This document shows, piece after piece, positions 10,098-21,731 of a stretch of 32,000 nt of DNA (its first letter is position 1; each line of letters starts with the position of its first letter). The position numbers and the translations under genes are program-made. The stretch lies in the sequence record BTPI01000021.1, one strand, 5' to 3'. A model generated the notes under the pieces. It searched no databases. It worked only from the letters and a program-made list of their open reading frames with translations, and had not been told where the DNA came from.

Positions 10098-10994
10098 ATG
10101 AGTATTTTAATAGAAAATCTTTCTAAACAATTTGGTAATTTTATAGCACTTGATCATGTAAATCTTGAAATAAAAACCGGATCGTTGGTTGCTCTTGTAG
10201 GTCCGTCCGGGTCAGGAAAATCTACTTTATTACGCATCATTGCTGGTTTAGATACGCCTAATGAAGGACGAATTTGGCTCACAGGACGAGATGCTACATT
10301 TTTATCGATTCAAGAACGGGAAATTGGTTTCGTATTTCAAAATTATGCTTTATTTAAGCATATGACAGTATATGAAAACATCGCATTTGGTCTAGATGTT
10401 CGTAATAATCAACATTTTACTACTACCGTTAGTAATAGTTCAAAAAAGTTGAACTCTAAAGAAGGCCCTTTGGTAACGAAGTTACCTACAGGGTTACTTC
10501 GTTACAAAAAAAAAATTAACAATATACTTGTACCTCAAAATTATTTTCAACAGTTAAGTTTTCCAACAAAAAAAATTTTTCAATGGTTTAGTAGTCCATT
10601 TACACAACAAAAATATAAACAGAAAAAGATTAAAAATCGTGTATTTGAACTTCTTCAACTTATTCAATTAGAAAAATTTGCTGATCGCTATCCAAATCAA
10701 CTTTCTGGTGGGCAAAGACAAAGAGTTGCATTAGCAAGAGCGCTTGCAATAGAACCTAAAGTATTGTTATTAGATGAACCTTTTGGTGCATTGGATATTA
10801 AAGTTAGAAAAGACTTAAGAAATTGGCTACGACGTTTACATGAACAAGTGCCCATTACAACTATGTTTGTAACTCATGATCATCAAGAAGCATTAGAAGT
10901 AGCAAATGAGATTGTACTATTTGAACAAGGCCAAATTTCGCAACTTGGCAATCCAAAAGATGTATACAAACAACTTACTTTAAATTTATTATAA
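10098..10994 (+). CDS. cysA: Sulfate ABC transporter ATP-binding protein carrying an internal insertion
   Basis: Walker [11 protein letters not shown]-loop FVFQNYALF, signature [14 protein letters not shown], Walker [12 protein letters not shown] and H-loop FVTHDHQEA are all present. Start is ATG at 10098 and stop is TAA. About 65 extra residues sit between FGLDVR and the pre-signature helix. Confidence 0.85.
   Translation: MSILIENLSKQFGNFIALDHVNLEIKTGSLVALVGPSGSGKSTLLRIIAGLDTPNEGRIWLTGRDATFLSIQEREIGFVFQNYALFKHMTVYENIAFGLDVRNNQHFTTTVSNSSKKLNSKEGPLVTKLPTGLLRYKKKINNILVPQNYFQQLSFPTKKIFQWFSSPFTQQKYKQKKIKNRVFELLQLIQLEKFADRYPNQLSGGQRQRVALARALAIEPKVLLLDEPFGALDIKVRKDLRNWLRRLHEQVPITTMFVTHDHQEALEVANEIVLFEQGQISQLGNPKDVYKQLTLNLL
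10463..10505. repeat. SDR-derived segment inside the cysA insertion
   Basis: aggccctttggtaacgaagttacctacagggttacttcgttac. The hairpin ggtaac gaa gttacc lies at 10472-10486. The ttggtaacgaagttacct core matches the intergenic copies at about 19081-19100 and 20571-20590 in reverse complement. Confidence 0.7.
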
Positions 10995-11047
10995 ATAAAT
11001 GATTTTCAGGTCTTTTGCTAAATATAAACTTCACAATAATCTTGTCC

Positions 11048-11104
11048 ATAATCAACTTTTTATTGAATTTGAACTATGTTCAAATTCAATAAAAAGTTGA
11101 TTAT
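11048..11104 (+). terminator. Perfect 27-bp-stem hairpin 54 nt downstream of the cysA stop (candidate 3' end-forming or stabilising element)
   Basis: ataatcaactttttattgaatttgaac tat gttcaaattcaataaaaagttgattat. This sequence is unique in the window. Confidence 0.5.
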
Positions 11105-11424
11105 GTCTTACTTTGTTATATAAGCAGAAAACTCCTTTAAGAGTTAAATATACAATTTAACTAAGCAAAGTAACGTAAAGCAAAAGCCTTTTGGTAGCCT
11201 AATTAAATTTCACTTTGTGAAATTTAATTAGGCTTAAAATAAAACTATGTTTTATTCTTACAAAAAGTACTTTGTACAAATTTTTTACTACCCTTTGCTA
11301 GTATTATGGTTGTCCGAACCTTATCAAGGTTTTAAGAATACTCAAAACCAAGTTTTTTCATACCATTTTATTTAGCACCCTTCCTTCGTTAGTGTAGGTT
11401 GTACAAATTTTTATAAAAAAGCTA

Positions 11425-11508
11425 TGCATCCAGTTGGATTTGAACCAACGACGTGTTTTACCAACCGGATTATGAGTCCGGTGCAATCGACCACTCTGCC
11501 ATGAATGC
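11425..11508 (-). tRNA. trnI: tRNA with a CAU anticodon, most like plastid tRNA-Ile(CAU), with an atypical 15-nt variable region
   Basis: The minus-strand sequence gcattca tg gcagagtggtcgattgc a ccgga ctcataa tccgg ttggtaaaacacgtc gttgg ttcaaat ccaac tggatgc a folds as a cloverleaf. As I recall it, the acceptor stem GCATYCA/TGGATGC with discriminator A resembles land-plant trnI-CAU. Confidence 0.75.
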
Positions 11509-11532
11509 AAAAATATATATTGTATAAAAATG

Positions 11533-11600
11533 ATATATGGAAAAATAAAATGATTAATTGTAATATATGGAAAAATAAAGTGATTAATTGTAATATATGG
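11533..11600. repeat. 30-bp tandem repeat, about 2.3 copies
   Basis: atatatggaaaaataaaRtgattaattgta recurs with period 30 (the gg lands at 11539, 11569 and 11599). It lies just upstream of the tRNA 5' end. Confidence 0.75.
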
Positions 11601-12150
11601 TATAATAAATAATATTAAATGTTTTTTTTCGATATTTTTAATAATAAAATTAGGCTATTAAACAATTTTAAGGTCAAAAATCTTTAGTATAATTTTATTA
11701 ATAGTATCTGCGTTTGGCTAGCAAAGTAAATTTCTTAAAACAACAAATTTTATTTGTTTCCTAGTTGATAAAATGAACTAAAGTTCATTTTATCAACTAG
11801 CGAAGCAATTTTTAATTCAAAAGCTTTGCGTTTGAATAGAACTAGTTTGCTTTTTTGTCAATAAAAACGAAGTTTTTATAACAAAGTAAGGAACAAAGTG
11901 CAAAGTTCTTTGGAATCTGTTGTTAATAAAAACAGAGTTTTTATAACAAAGGCAAGAAAAATATCATTAAAATTTATATATAATAAAATTATATACAGAA
12001 ATATTTTATTAGTAATAAATTATTAAAAACAAAAAATATAATGTGTATAAATTTATTTACAATGTATAATTTATTTACAATATATATACGATATAAAGTA
12101 TATAAATATTTATATCTAATATTTAAAATTTAAAATAAGGAATATTTTTT

Positions 12151-12261
12151 ATGGCTGCTTCTTATCTACCTTCGATTTTAGTGCCACTTGTAGGTTTAGT
12201 TTTTCCGGCTGTTACAATGGCTTCTATTTTTTTATATATTGAAAAACAAGAAATTAATTAA
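12151..12261 (+). CDS. psaI: Photosystem I subunit VIII
   Basis: This 36-aa ORF is not in the supplied track: [36 protein letters not shown]. It matches the conserved PsaI core [22 protein letters not shown]. Stop is TAA. Confidence 0.85.
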   Translation: MAASYLPSILVPLVGLVFPAVTMASIFLYIEKQEIN

Positions 12262-13110
12262 TTTTTTATTTTTTTTTGAAAAAGAAATTTCATATAATTT
12301 ATATTAATATAATAAATTCAATAAATGTTTGGAATTTTTGGCCTAACTGTTTTAAAATTATTTAAATTAATTTTAGATGTTAATTTTTTATATAAAAAAA
12401 TTTTATTTAGGATATATTTGCTTCAAGATATTTTAAATAGGTATAGGTCAGTTTATAAAAAACTTTTTATTAGCAAAGCAAGGGTTCGTAAAATTTCTCT
12501 TGCTCATCTTTTAACGAAGTTAAAACATAAGCAAGGCTTGTAAAATAAGCAAAGCTTGTTTTATTAGGTAGTAAAAAACTTTGTAATAAGTTTGTAGCGC
12601 AGTCGTTGATAAAATCAAACTTCGTTTGATTTTATTTACAACCCTGCGGTAAGACAAAACTTTGTTTTGCCTTTGCTAGCGAAGCTAGCATTATTTAAAA
12701 GCTTCGCTTTTAAACTAAGGCTTGCTTCGCTAGTCCAACAAAAGGCAAATAATAAAAAATACCTTTTGCAAGAATAAAACTATGTTTTATTCCAGGCCAG
12801 CTACCTGCAAGGTTGCTGCGCTACAAAGTATTTTTTATAACAGCTATTATTAAATTTCACAAAGTGAAATTTAATTAGGCTTAGAATAAAACTAGGTTTT
12901 ATTCTTACAAAAGGTAGTTGATAAAATGGTGAGAAAAAACTTTGTTTTTTCTTACCATTTTATCAACTCTAATAAAATAAGCTTTGCTTGTTTTCCAAAG
13001 TTTTGCAACAATCTTTAATTTTTACAAGAACCTTACCGCAGGCTTTGCTTACTTTCTTAGACCAAAAGATATTTGTTTTATTATTTGAAGTTAGATGCAT
13101 ATTAAATAAC

Positions 13111-13198
13111 GGAGTAATGTCTGAGTGGCTGAAAGAGCTCGATTGCTAATCGAGTGTATAGTAAATCTATACCGAGGGTTCGAATCCCTCTTACTCCT
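13111..13198 (+). tRNA. trnS: tRNA-Ser (GCU)
   Basis: ggagtaa tg tctgagtggctgaaagagc t ctcga ttgctaa tcgag, then a long variable arm tgtatagtaaatctatac, then cgaggg ttcgaat ccctc ttactcc t. This is a class II cloverleaf with anticodon GCT. Confidence 0.9.
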
Positions 13199-13805
13199 AA
13201 AATTTTCAAGAAAAAATTTTTTAGATCTTAGTAATAAAAATCTTTTTTTAAGAAAAAAATAAAGCTTATTTGCTAGCAAATAAGCTTAGAGCTAATAAAT
13301 AAAATAGTGAGAAAAAATAAAGTTTTTTCTTACCTTTGAAAACAAGCAGAGCTTGTTTTCTTAGAACTAAAGTTCATTTTATCAACTTTTTTACTAATAA
13401 AAACGAAATTTTTATAACAAAGCAAGGGTTTGTAAAACAAGCAAAGCTTGTTTTATTAGGGTAGTAAAAAACGAAGTTTTTTACAACCTTACTTCGTTAG
13501 GCAAAAATTTGCTTTGCTTTTTTGCTAATAAAAACTTCGTTTTTATAACAAAGCAAGTAAGCAAAAGGCAAGATTTTTAAAAACAAGGTTTTTTCATACT
13601 CATACTTTGCTTATAAAAACAAAGTTTTTATAAGCAAAGTATGTGAGGCATAAAATGAAACGAAGTTTCATTTTATTTATTTTCTTAACAACCTATTTCT
13701 AATTAGTAGCGCAGTCGTTGATAAAATTAAACGAAGTTTGATTTTATTTACAACCCTGCGGTAAGACAAAACTTTGTTTTGTCCAACAAAGGGCAACCTT
13801 TTGGT

Positions 13806-13833
13806 AGCTGGCTACCAAAAGGTAATTATTATT
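13806..13833 (-). terminator. 13-bp-stem palindrome immediately 3' of atpA
   Basis: accttttggtagc tg gctaccaaaaggt lies 13 nt beyond the atpA stop codon. It shares the ccttttggtagc module with other SDRs. Confidence 0.45.
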
Positions 13834-13845
13834 TATTCTGAAAGC

Positions 13846-15366
13846 TTATTTAATACTTGCTAAAAATTCTTCCGTATAATCTTTTATAGCTTCTTTTAAA
13901 AGTGTTTCTGCTTCATCTGTAAAAGTGTTAGTAGATTGAACAATTTCGCCATATTTAGCTTTGCTAGTACCTAAATATTCGCGCAAGCCTACCAAAAATG
14001 AACGAACTTGGTCTACTTGAATTTTATCTAAATAACCATTTGTTCCAGCATAAATAGTAGCAACTTGATCACTTACAGAAAGCGGAGAAGCTTGCTGCTG
14101 TTTAAGTAATTCACGCAGTCTTTGACCTCGCGCTAATTGATTTTGCGTAGCTTGATCCAAATCTGAAGCAAATTGTGAAAAAGCTTCAAGTTCTGCAAAT
14201 TGAGCTAATTCTAATTTTAATTTACCAGCAACTTGTTTCATTGCTTTTGGTTGCGCAGCTGATCCAACACGAGAAACTGAAATACCAACATTAATGGCTG
14301 GACGAATACCTGCATTAAAAATATCGGCAGATAAAAAAATTTGTCCATCCGTAATTGAAATAACGTTTGTAGGAATGTAAGCTGATACGTCACCTTCTTG
14401 TGTTTCCACAATTGGAAGAGCAGTCATACTGCCGCCACCTAGTTCATCACTTAATTTTGCTGCTCGTTCTAGCAATCGTGAATGTAAATAAAATACATCA
14501 CCTGGATAAGCTTCACGGCCTGGAGGACGTCTTAATAATAAAGACATTTCTCGATATGCTTGAGCTTGTTTAGATAAGTCATCATAAATAACTAAAGTAT
14601 GACGACCTTTATACATAAAATATTCAGCTAGTGCAGCACCAGTATAAGGTGCTAGATATTGTAAAGTAGCTGGAGAATCCGCGGTTGCTGAAACAATAAT
14701 TGTATAATCTAAAGCTCCACGTTCTTGTAAAACATTAACAACTTGAGCAATAGAAGATGCTTTTTGTCCAATAGCAACATATACACAGATAACATCTTTT
14801 CCTTTTTGATTTAAAATAGTATCTGTTGCAACAGCAGTTTTTCCAGTTTGTCGATCTCCAATAATTAATTCACGTTGACCACGACCAATTGGAATCATAG
14901 CATCTACAGATACTAATCCAGTTTGTAATGGTTCATGAACTGAGCGACGAGAAATAATCCCTGGTGCTGCAGATTCAATTAATCTATTTTCACTAGAAGC
15001 AATTTCTCCTTTGCCATCAATTGCGCGAGCCAATGGATTAACAACTCTTCCTAAATATCCATCTCCAACAGGAATTTGAGCAATTTTTCCAGTTGCTCTA
15101 ACTGATGTTCCTTCTTGAACCGTTAAACCTTCCCCCATAAGAACTGCTCCTACATTCTTAGATTCTAAATTTAGAGCAATTCCAATAGTCCCATCATTAA
15201 ATTCTACAAGTTCGCCAGCCATAACTTTTTCAAGACCATAAATTCTTGCAATTCCATCTCCTACTTGAAAAACAGTTCCTACATTTACTACTTTTACTTC
15301 TTTGTTGTACTGTTGAATTTGTTGTCGAATAATACTCGTAATTTCATCAGGTCGAATTTTAACCAT
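13846..15366 (-). CDS. atpA: ATP synthase CF1 alpha subunit
   Basis: 506-aa ORF with Walker A GDRQTGKT and typical alpha-subunit blocks ([59 protein letters not shown]). ATG start, TAA stop, no intron. Confidence 0.97.
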   Translation of the reverse strand: MVKIRPDEITSIIRQQIQQYNKEVKVVNVGTVFQVGDGIARIYGLEKVMAGELVEFNDGTIGIALNLESKNVGAVLMGEGLTVQEGTSVRATGKIAQIPVGDGYLGRVVNPLARAIDGKGEIASSENRLIESAAPGIISRRSVHEPLQTGLVSVDAMIPIGRGQRELIIGDRQTGKTAVATDTILNQKGKDVICVYVAIGQKASSIAQVVNVLQERGALDYTIIVSATADSPATLQYLAPYTGAALAEYFMYKGRHTLVIYDDLSKQAQAYREMSLLLRRPPGREAYPGDVFYLHSRLLERAAKLSDELGGGSMTALPIVETQEGDVSAYIPTNVISITDGQIFLSADIFNAGIRPAINVGISVSRVGSAAQPKAMKQVAGKLKLELAQFAELEAFSQFASDLDQATQNQLARGQRLRELLKQQQASPLSVSDQVATIYAGTNGYLDKIQVDQVRSFLVGLREYLGTSKAKYGEIVQSTNTFTDEAETLLKEAIKDYTEEFLASIK

Positions 15367-16036
15367 TGGTAAATAAACTTCCTAAAATTTAAATAAATTT
15401 ATATATTTATTTTGTATATTTTATAAAAAATATCAAAATAAATATTTTTATATACTTTTAACTAAGTTGAATTTTGTTTCGAAAATTTTTTAAATTTTTA
15501 TTTAAAAAAAATTTTCTAAAATTTTCATTCAGTAAGAAAAAAACAAAATGCTTTTTACTTTGTCAGTAGATAAAATAAAACTTTATCTACTGACAAAGTA
15601 AGCCTATAGCGAATTAATTAACAAATAAGCTACTTGCTAGCTACTTTATTAATAGCTAGTTTGCTTTAAAAAAACAGGCCTTTTGGTAGCCTAATTAAAT
15701 TTCACTTTGTGAAATTTAATAATACCTGTTATAAAAAATGCTTTGTAGCGCAGTCGTTGATAAAATCAAACGAAGTTTGATTTTATTTACAACCCTGCAG
15801 GTCGCTTGCGACCAAAGGGCAACCTTGCAGGTAGCTGGCCTGGAATAAAACATAGTTTTATTCTTGCAAAAGGTATTTTTTATTATTGCTGCGCTACAAA
15901 GCTTGTTTTCTTAAAAATGCTTTGCTAATAAAAACGAAGTTTTTATTAGCAAAACAGAAAGAGAAACGTTAGGATTGTTACACAACAAATTTTTAAAAAG
16001 TAAACTACTAATATATTAAGTAACAAATAATCTTTA

Positions 16037-16570
16037 TTAAGATTTATAATTGGTAAATAACACAATATTAAAATTGTTTACTGAAGAATGAAAACTAGAA
16101 TTTAAACGATTATTTAATTTTTCACGCACTTTGTTTAATGCAAGAGAAACAACTTGTTGAGAAACTTGACTAATAGCTTTTTGTTGTTGAAATTGAATTG
16201 TTTCTTGTTTTATTTCTTCCAAACGTGAAGCATCTTGTTGTGTTTGAGAAATACACTGTTTTTTTTCTTGTTCAGCTGTAATAATTCCTTGTTCACGTAT
16301 TTCAGCAGCTTTTTTTTTGGCAAACTCTAATTGAGTTTTTGTTTTATTTAATTTTTCTTGAGCTTCTTTAGCTTTTTTATCAGCTTCTTCCAAATTATTT
16401 AATATGGTTTGTTTACGATTATCTAATAATGATCGTAACGCATTTCCTCCAAACGAAACAACAATCCCAAGAACTACTGATAAATTTATAAGATTCGTTT
16501 CTAAAATATTAAAATTAAACCCAAAACCTTCTCCCAATGGGAGATGAGCCAAAAGGGTTAAAATACTCAT
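16037..16570 (-). CDS. atpF: ATP synthase CF0 subunit I (b)
   Basis: It has the N-terminal TM segment NLINLSVVLGIVVSF followed by LLDNRKQTILNNLEEA and a charged helix, as in plastid AtpF. I place the start at ATG 16570, preceded by ggagg (gtGGAGGcttatATG), not at the listed GTG 16582. There is no intron. Confidence 0.85.
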   Translation of the reverse strand: MSILTLLAHLPLGEGFGFNFNILETNLINLSVVLGIVVSFGGNALRSLLDNRKQTILNNLEEADKKAKEAQEKLNKTKTQLEFAKKKAAEIREQGIITAEQEKKQCISQTQQDASRLEEIKQETIQFQQQKAISQVSQQVVSLALNKVREKLNNRLNSSFHSSVNNFNIVLFTNYKS

Positions 16571-16974
16571 ATAAGCCTCCACTTTTATTCTGCTCTATAT
16601 TGTTTTTAATAATAGAAAGTTACTAATGTTTTTGAGTAAAACCTCGCTTTTGCTTTAACGAAGTAAGGTTGTTATATAAAACTAAACAAAGTTTCCCTTT
16701 GTCTTGCAAAGCAAAGCTTGTTTTATTAGTAAGGTAAGAAAAAACAAAGTTTTTTCTCACCATTTTATCAACTAGCAAAGCTAACCTTACTTCGTTAGGA
16801 AAAGGGCAAGGTCTTTTGTTAATAAAAACGAAATTTTTATTAGCAAAGCGTAGATATAACAAAGGTAAATGATCGGAAGTAACTTAGTTTATACAATTAA
16901 GCAATATTTAATTGTATAAACTAGGTTACTGCCAACCAAAAAAATATTAGTAAAACACTTTAATTTATAATTAA

Positions 16975-17334
<360 letters not shown>

Positions 17335-17869
17335 CTAGTATTTTTATTAATAAAATTAATTACCATAAATAATTATTAATTTAATAAACTATACTATTAT
17401 AATCTAATAATAAATTTAGCTTTTCACTTTTAAAAAAATAAGCAAACCTTTTTTTCTAAGGTTTTTAATAGCGAAGCAATTTTTAATTCAAAAGCGAAGC
17501 TTTTGAATAGAGCTAGTAAATAAAATAAACTAAAGTTTATTTTATCAACTGCTTTGCTAATAAAAACGAAGTTTTTATAGCCTGTAAATAAAACAAAGTT
17601 TTATTTACTGACAAGGGTTCGAAGAACCTTCAAAGTTTGATTTTATTTACAAGCCTGCAGTAAGACAAAACTTTGTTTTGCCTTTGCTAGCGAAGCTAGC
17701 ATTATTTAAAAGCTTCGCTTTTGAATTAAAAATTGCTTCGCTAGTCCAACAAAGGCAACCTTACTTTCAAGCATATAACCAAGTTGTATGCCAGGTTTTT
17801 GTATACAAAAATGTTAGGCAAAGGCAACCTTACTTTGTTAGGTTTTTGTAAAAATCTTTTATTTTTGCC

Positions 17870-18120
17870 TTTTGGTAGCCTAATTAAATTTCACTTTGTG
17901 AAATTTAATTAGGCTTAGAATAAAACTAAGTTTTATTCTTACAAAAGGTATTTTTTATAACAGCTATTATTAAATTTCACAAAGTGAAATTTAATTAGGC
18001 TTAGAATAAAACTATGTTTTATTCTTATAAAAGGTATTTTTTATAACAGCTATTATTAAATTTCACAAAGTGAAATTTAATTAGGCTTAGAATAAAATTA
18101 TGTTTTATTCTTACAAAAGC
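17870..18120. repeat. Tandem array (about 2.8 units) of the 86-bp two-hairpin composite, inverted relative to the 9259-9860 arrays
   Basis: aaatttcac cores at 17886, 17972 and 18058 give an exact 86-bp period. Confidence 0.85.
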
Positions 18121-19010
18121 TATTTTGTACAAATTTTTTATAATCTTATTTTATTCAGCATACAATAAAGGATTGTATGTTTGAAAACAGGTAGTTGATA
18201 AAAAAAAACAAAGTTTGATTCTATTTAGTAACGAAGTAAGTAGTTAATAAAACAGAAATTTTTATTATCTTCTTTATAAAAAATAAAACTTTTTAAAATT
18301 TTTTGATTCTAAGCAACTTTGTATCTAAATTAGTTTTTCTCAAATTCTTTTACAATACAAAACACAACTTTAAGATTTGTTTTCCTAATTCGCTTGGCTC
18401 GTTGCTCATGCGAAAACATAATCACATATTCTGATTTCAAACAAATCTCCATTTCATAACTTACAAGAGATTTATTTATAATAAAAAACAAATGCTTTAG
18501 TAACAAAATTTCATTAAGGTTTTATATTTACACATAAACAAAATTACAAATCTTAAAAATACTTTAAGCTAATAAGTTTGTTTGCAACAATATTTTCAAT
18601 TCGAAATCAAAATGGATAAGAAAATATTATTAAGCTGTCTCGTTACACTATAAGTTTATGTAATAAATGCTGACAATTAATTTGTAACGGCTTTCGTTTT
18701 TGAAGAAAACGCAATAGGGTTCGGAGAACCTTGGTAGAGGTAGCGTCTTTGAAGCTTACCCCTAGCGAAGTAATTTTTAATTCAAAAGCTTCGCTTTTGA
18801 ATAGAGCTTGTAAATAAAATAAACTAAAGTTTATTTTATCAACTCTAAGAAAACAAACTTTGTTTGTTTTTTAGTTGATAAAATCAAACTTTGTTTGATT
18901 TTATTTACAAGCCTGAAGCTAGCAAGCTAGTTAAGGCTTGCTTGCTCCTTTGCTAATAAAAACGAAGTTTTTATAACCTGTAAATAAAACAAAGTTTTAT
19001 TTACTGACAA

Positions 19011-19196
19011 GGGTTCTTGCAAAAATCTTTGATTTTTGTAACAAAGTAACTAATAAAAAATACAAAGTATTTTTTATAACAGGTAACTTCGTTACCAAGG
19101 GGCCTTTTGGTAGCCAGCTACCTGCAAGGTTGCCCTTTGGTCGCAAGCGACCCGCAGGGTTGCTTCGCGACTGCGCTACTAAACCTTGGAAAACAA
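19011..19196. repeat. 186-bp direct repeat, copy 1 (identical to 20500-20685)
   Basis: By hand alignment, gggttcttgcaaaaatctttgatttttgtaacaaagtaac...ctgcgctactaaaccttggaaaacaa is identical base for base in both copies. A partial copy lies at about 9166-9270. Confidence 0.9.
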
Positions 19197-19240
19197 GTCA
19201 ATAAAAAAAACTATATTTTTTTTATAGGCTTTTTTTATTA

Positions 19241-19368
19241 GGGTAGTAAAAAACGAAGTTTTTTACTAGTTGATAAAATCAAACAAAGTTTGATTTTATT
19301 TACAAGCCTGCAGTAAGACAAAACTTTGTTTTGTCCAACAAAGGCAACCTTACTTCGTTAGGCAAAGG
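19241..19368. repeat. 128-bp inverted repeat, left arm (partner at 20335-20462)
   Basis: The reverse complement equals 20335-20462 apart from the 3-nt loop of the ataaaatcaaacNNNgtttgattttat hairpin. Confidence 0.9.
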
Positions 19369-19461
19369 CTAGTTGATAAAATGAAGTTTGTATAAACAAA
19401 ATAGAGAGTTAATAAAATGAAACTTTGTGTCTTTTTAGTTAGCAAACTACTAAATTCAAAT

Positions 19462-20211
19462 TTAATGACCTTCAAGCGCTTCACCGATATAAGCACCTGC
19501 TAATGTAGCAAAAACAAGTGCTTGAATAGCACTGGTAAATAAACCCAAAAGCATCAAGGGAATCGGAACAACAAGTGGTACTAACGCAATTAAAACACCT
19601 ACAACAAGTTCATCTGCTAAAATATTTCCAAAAAGTCGAAAACTTAAAGATAGTGGTTTTGTAAAATCTTCTAAAACATTGATGGGTAATAGAAAAGCGG
19701 CTGGTTCAATATATCGTTTAAAATATCCTAAACCTTTTTTACGTAACCCAGCATAAAAGTATGCTATCGAAGTAAGCAAAGCCAAAGCTACAGTAGTATT
19801 AATATCATTTGTTGGAGCAGCTAATTCACCATGTGGTAACTCAATTAATCGCCAAGGTATTAATGCTCCAGACCAATTAGAAACAAAAATAAAAAGAAAA
19901 ATTGTTCCTAAAAATGGTACCCATGCTAAATACTCTTCTTCACCAATTTGAGTTTTAGCTAAATCGCGAATATATTCAGTAATATACTCAGTCAGATTTT
20001 GTAAACCATCTGGAATTTGTTTTAAATTACTATTTCCTAAAAATGATATTACAATAATTATTGTAAGAACTACCCATGAGGTTAATAAAACTTGACCGTG
20101 CACTGGAAAACCAAAAATATCCCAATAAAAATGCTGCCCAACAGAAACTTCGGAAACATCAAATATTGGATTTATACAATTAGAAACGAGACTTTCGTAT
20201 GTTTGAGACAT
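19462..20211 (-). CDS. atpI: ATP synthase CF0 subunit IV (a)
   Basis: 249-aa ORF with typical a-subunit blocks ([32 protein letters not shown]). ATG start, TAA stop. Confidence 0.95.
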   Translation of the reverse strand: MSQTYESLVSNCINPIFDVSEVSVGQHFYWDIFGFPVHGQVLLTSWVVLTIIIVISFLGNSNLKQIPDGLQNLTEYITEYIRDLAKTQIGEEEYLAWVPFLGTIFLFIFVSNWSGALIPWRLIELPHGELAAPTNDINTTVALALLTSIAYFYAGLRKKGLGYFKRYIEPAAFLLPINVLEDFTKPLSLSFRLFGNILADELVVGVLIALVPLVVPIPLMLLGLFTSAIQALVFATLAGAYIGEALEGH

Positions 20212-20334
20212 AATAATTAAATTTTTATTACAATGTAAATAATTTAATAGACTGATTAATTTTATTGTTTAAGATTTCAGTAGTTGAAAAATGGTTTTGA
20301 AAAACTTTGGCGTTTGTCTAACAAAGTAAGGTTA

Positions 20335-20462
20335 CCTTTGCCTAACGAAGTAAGGTTGCCTTTGTTGGACAAAACAAAGTTTTGTCTTACTGCAGGCTTG
20401 TAAATAAAATCAAACAAAGTTTGATTTTATCAACTAGTAAAAAACTTCGTTTTTTACTACCC
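20335..20462. repeat. 128-bp inverted repeat, right arm
   Basis: See 19241-19368. The loop aaa is at 20416-18 here and at 19285-87 in the partner. Both read aaa on the plus strand even though the arms are inverted. Confidence 0.9.
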
Positions 20463-20499
20463 TTTTCTTTGCTATAAAAACTTCGTTTTTATTAGCAAA

Positions 20500-20685
20500 G
20501 GGTTCTTGCAAAAATCTTTGATTTTTGTAACAAAGTAACTAATAAAAAATACAAAGTATTTTTTATAACAGGTAACTTCGTTACCAAGGGGCCTTTTGGT
20601 AGCCAGCTACCTGCAAGGTTGCCCTTTGGTCGCAAGCGACCCGCAGGGTTGCTTCGCGACTGCGCTACTAAACCTTGGAAAACAA
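20500..20685. repeat. 186-bp direct repeat, copy 2
   Basis: Identical to 19011-19196. Confidence 0.9.
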
Positions 20686-21038
20686 ACTTTGTTTGTTTTC
20701 TTAGGAAAACAAGCAAAACTTGTTTTCTTAGAGAAAAAAAGCCTTATCTTTGACTTTTAATTTGGTAACAAAAATAAAATGTTTATTAGTAAACTAACAA
20801 GTTAATTTGATTAGCAGTTTAATTAGAAAACACAATATTAAAAATTATTAAAGGTTAAATATATAAATATACAGGTTGCTAATAAAATTTTTAGCAAACC
20901 AAATTTAAAAAATTTTTTTTTTCTTGTTAAAACTAAACTAAAAATTAATTTATCTTTTAATGCAAGTATATCAAAATTTTTTTTATAACCCAAGGATTGA
21001 AAAAATTTAGTACCAAAATTTAAATAAAAAAATAATAA

Positions 21039-21731
21039 TTATCTTTTTTTTAAATTTTTTTGACCAAAAGTAATTGCTTGCACAAATTCATTTAAAATTA
21101 TTTTTAATGATGACACTGAATCATCATTTGCTGGTACAAATAAATCTGCTAACATTGGATCACAATCAGTATCTAAAATAGTAATACTTCTTAGATTTAA
21201 TTTTTGACATTCTTTTACAGCATTCATTTCTTCTAACTGGCCGATAATTATAACTATATCGGGAACAGAATTCATAGTTTGAAGACCACTTAAATATTTT
21301 TGCAATCTTTCTTTTTCTTTTCTATAAGTAGCAGCTTGTTTCTTAGGGAGAGTTGCAAATTCTTTGTTTTTTTCTTTAAGTTCAAGCTCATTTAATTTGG
21401 TAATAGAAGTTTTTATAGTTTTCCAATTTGTGAGCATGCCACCTAACCATCGTTGATTTACAAAATGTGAATCACATTGTAATGCAGCTTGGGCTACTAA
21501 TTTTGCTGCTTGTTTTTTAGTCCCAACAAATAAAAATTTTTTACCCTGTGCTGCAGATTCAGTTAAAAATTTTGAAACTTTTTTTAAATGATAATAAGTT
21601 TGAATTAAATCAATAATGTGAATTCCATTTCGTTCAGCATAAATATACGAAGCCATTTTTGGATTCCATTTTCTTGTTTGATGTCCAAAATGCATTTCAG
21701 CTTGTACCATTTCATTAATACTTGTAACCAT
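21039..21731 (-). CDS. rps2: Ribosomal protein S2
   Basis: 230-aa ORF with [28 protein letters not shown] and [13 protein letters not shown] start, TAA stop. Confidence 0.95.
   Translation of the reverse strand: MVTSINEMVQAEMHFGHQTRKWNPKMASYIYAERNGIHIIDLIQTYYHLKKVSKFLTESAAQGKKFLFVGTKKQAAKLVAQAALQCDSHFVNQRWLGGMLTNWKTIKTSITKLNELELKEKNKEFATLPKKQAATYRKEKERLQKYLSGLQTMNSVPDIVIIIGQLEEMNAVKECQKLNLRSITILDTDCDPMLADLFVPANDDSVSSLKIILNEFVQAITFGQKNLKKR

Noticed and set aside
11425-11508. Reading the long-variable-arm tRNA as a class II Leu, Ser or Tyr tRNA with a mutated anticodon
   Set aside because: The acceptor stem, discriminator and anticodon loop match the plastid tRNA-Ile(CAU) pattern much better. 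The extra arm pairs poorly, so a variable-loop insertion is the simpler explanation. This remains unverified without a covariance model.
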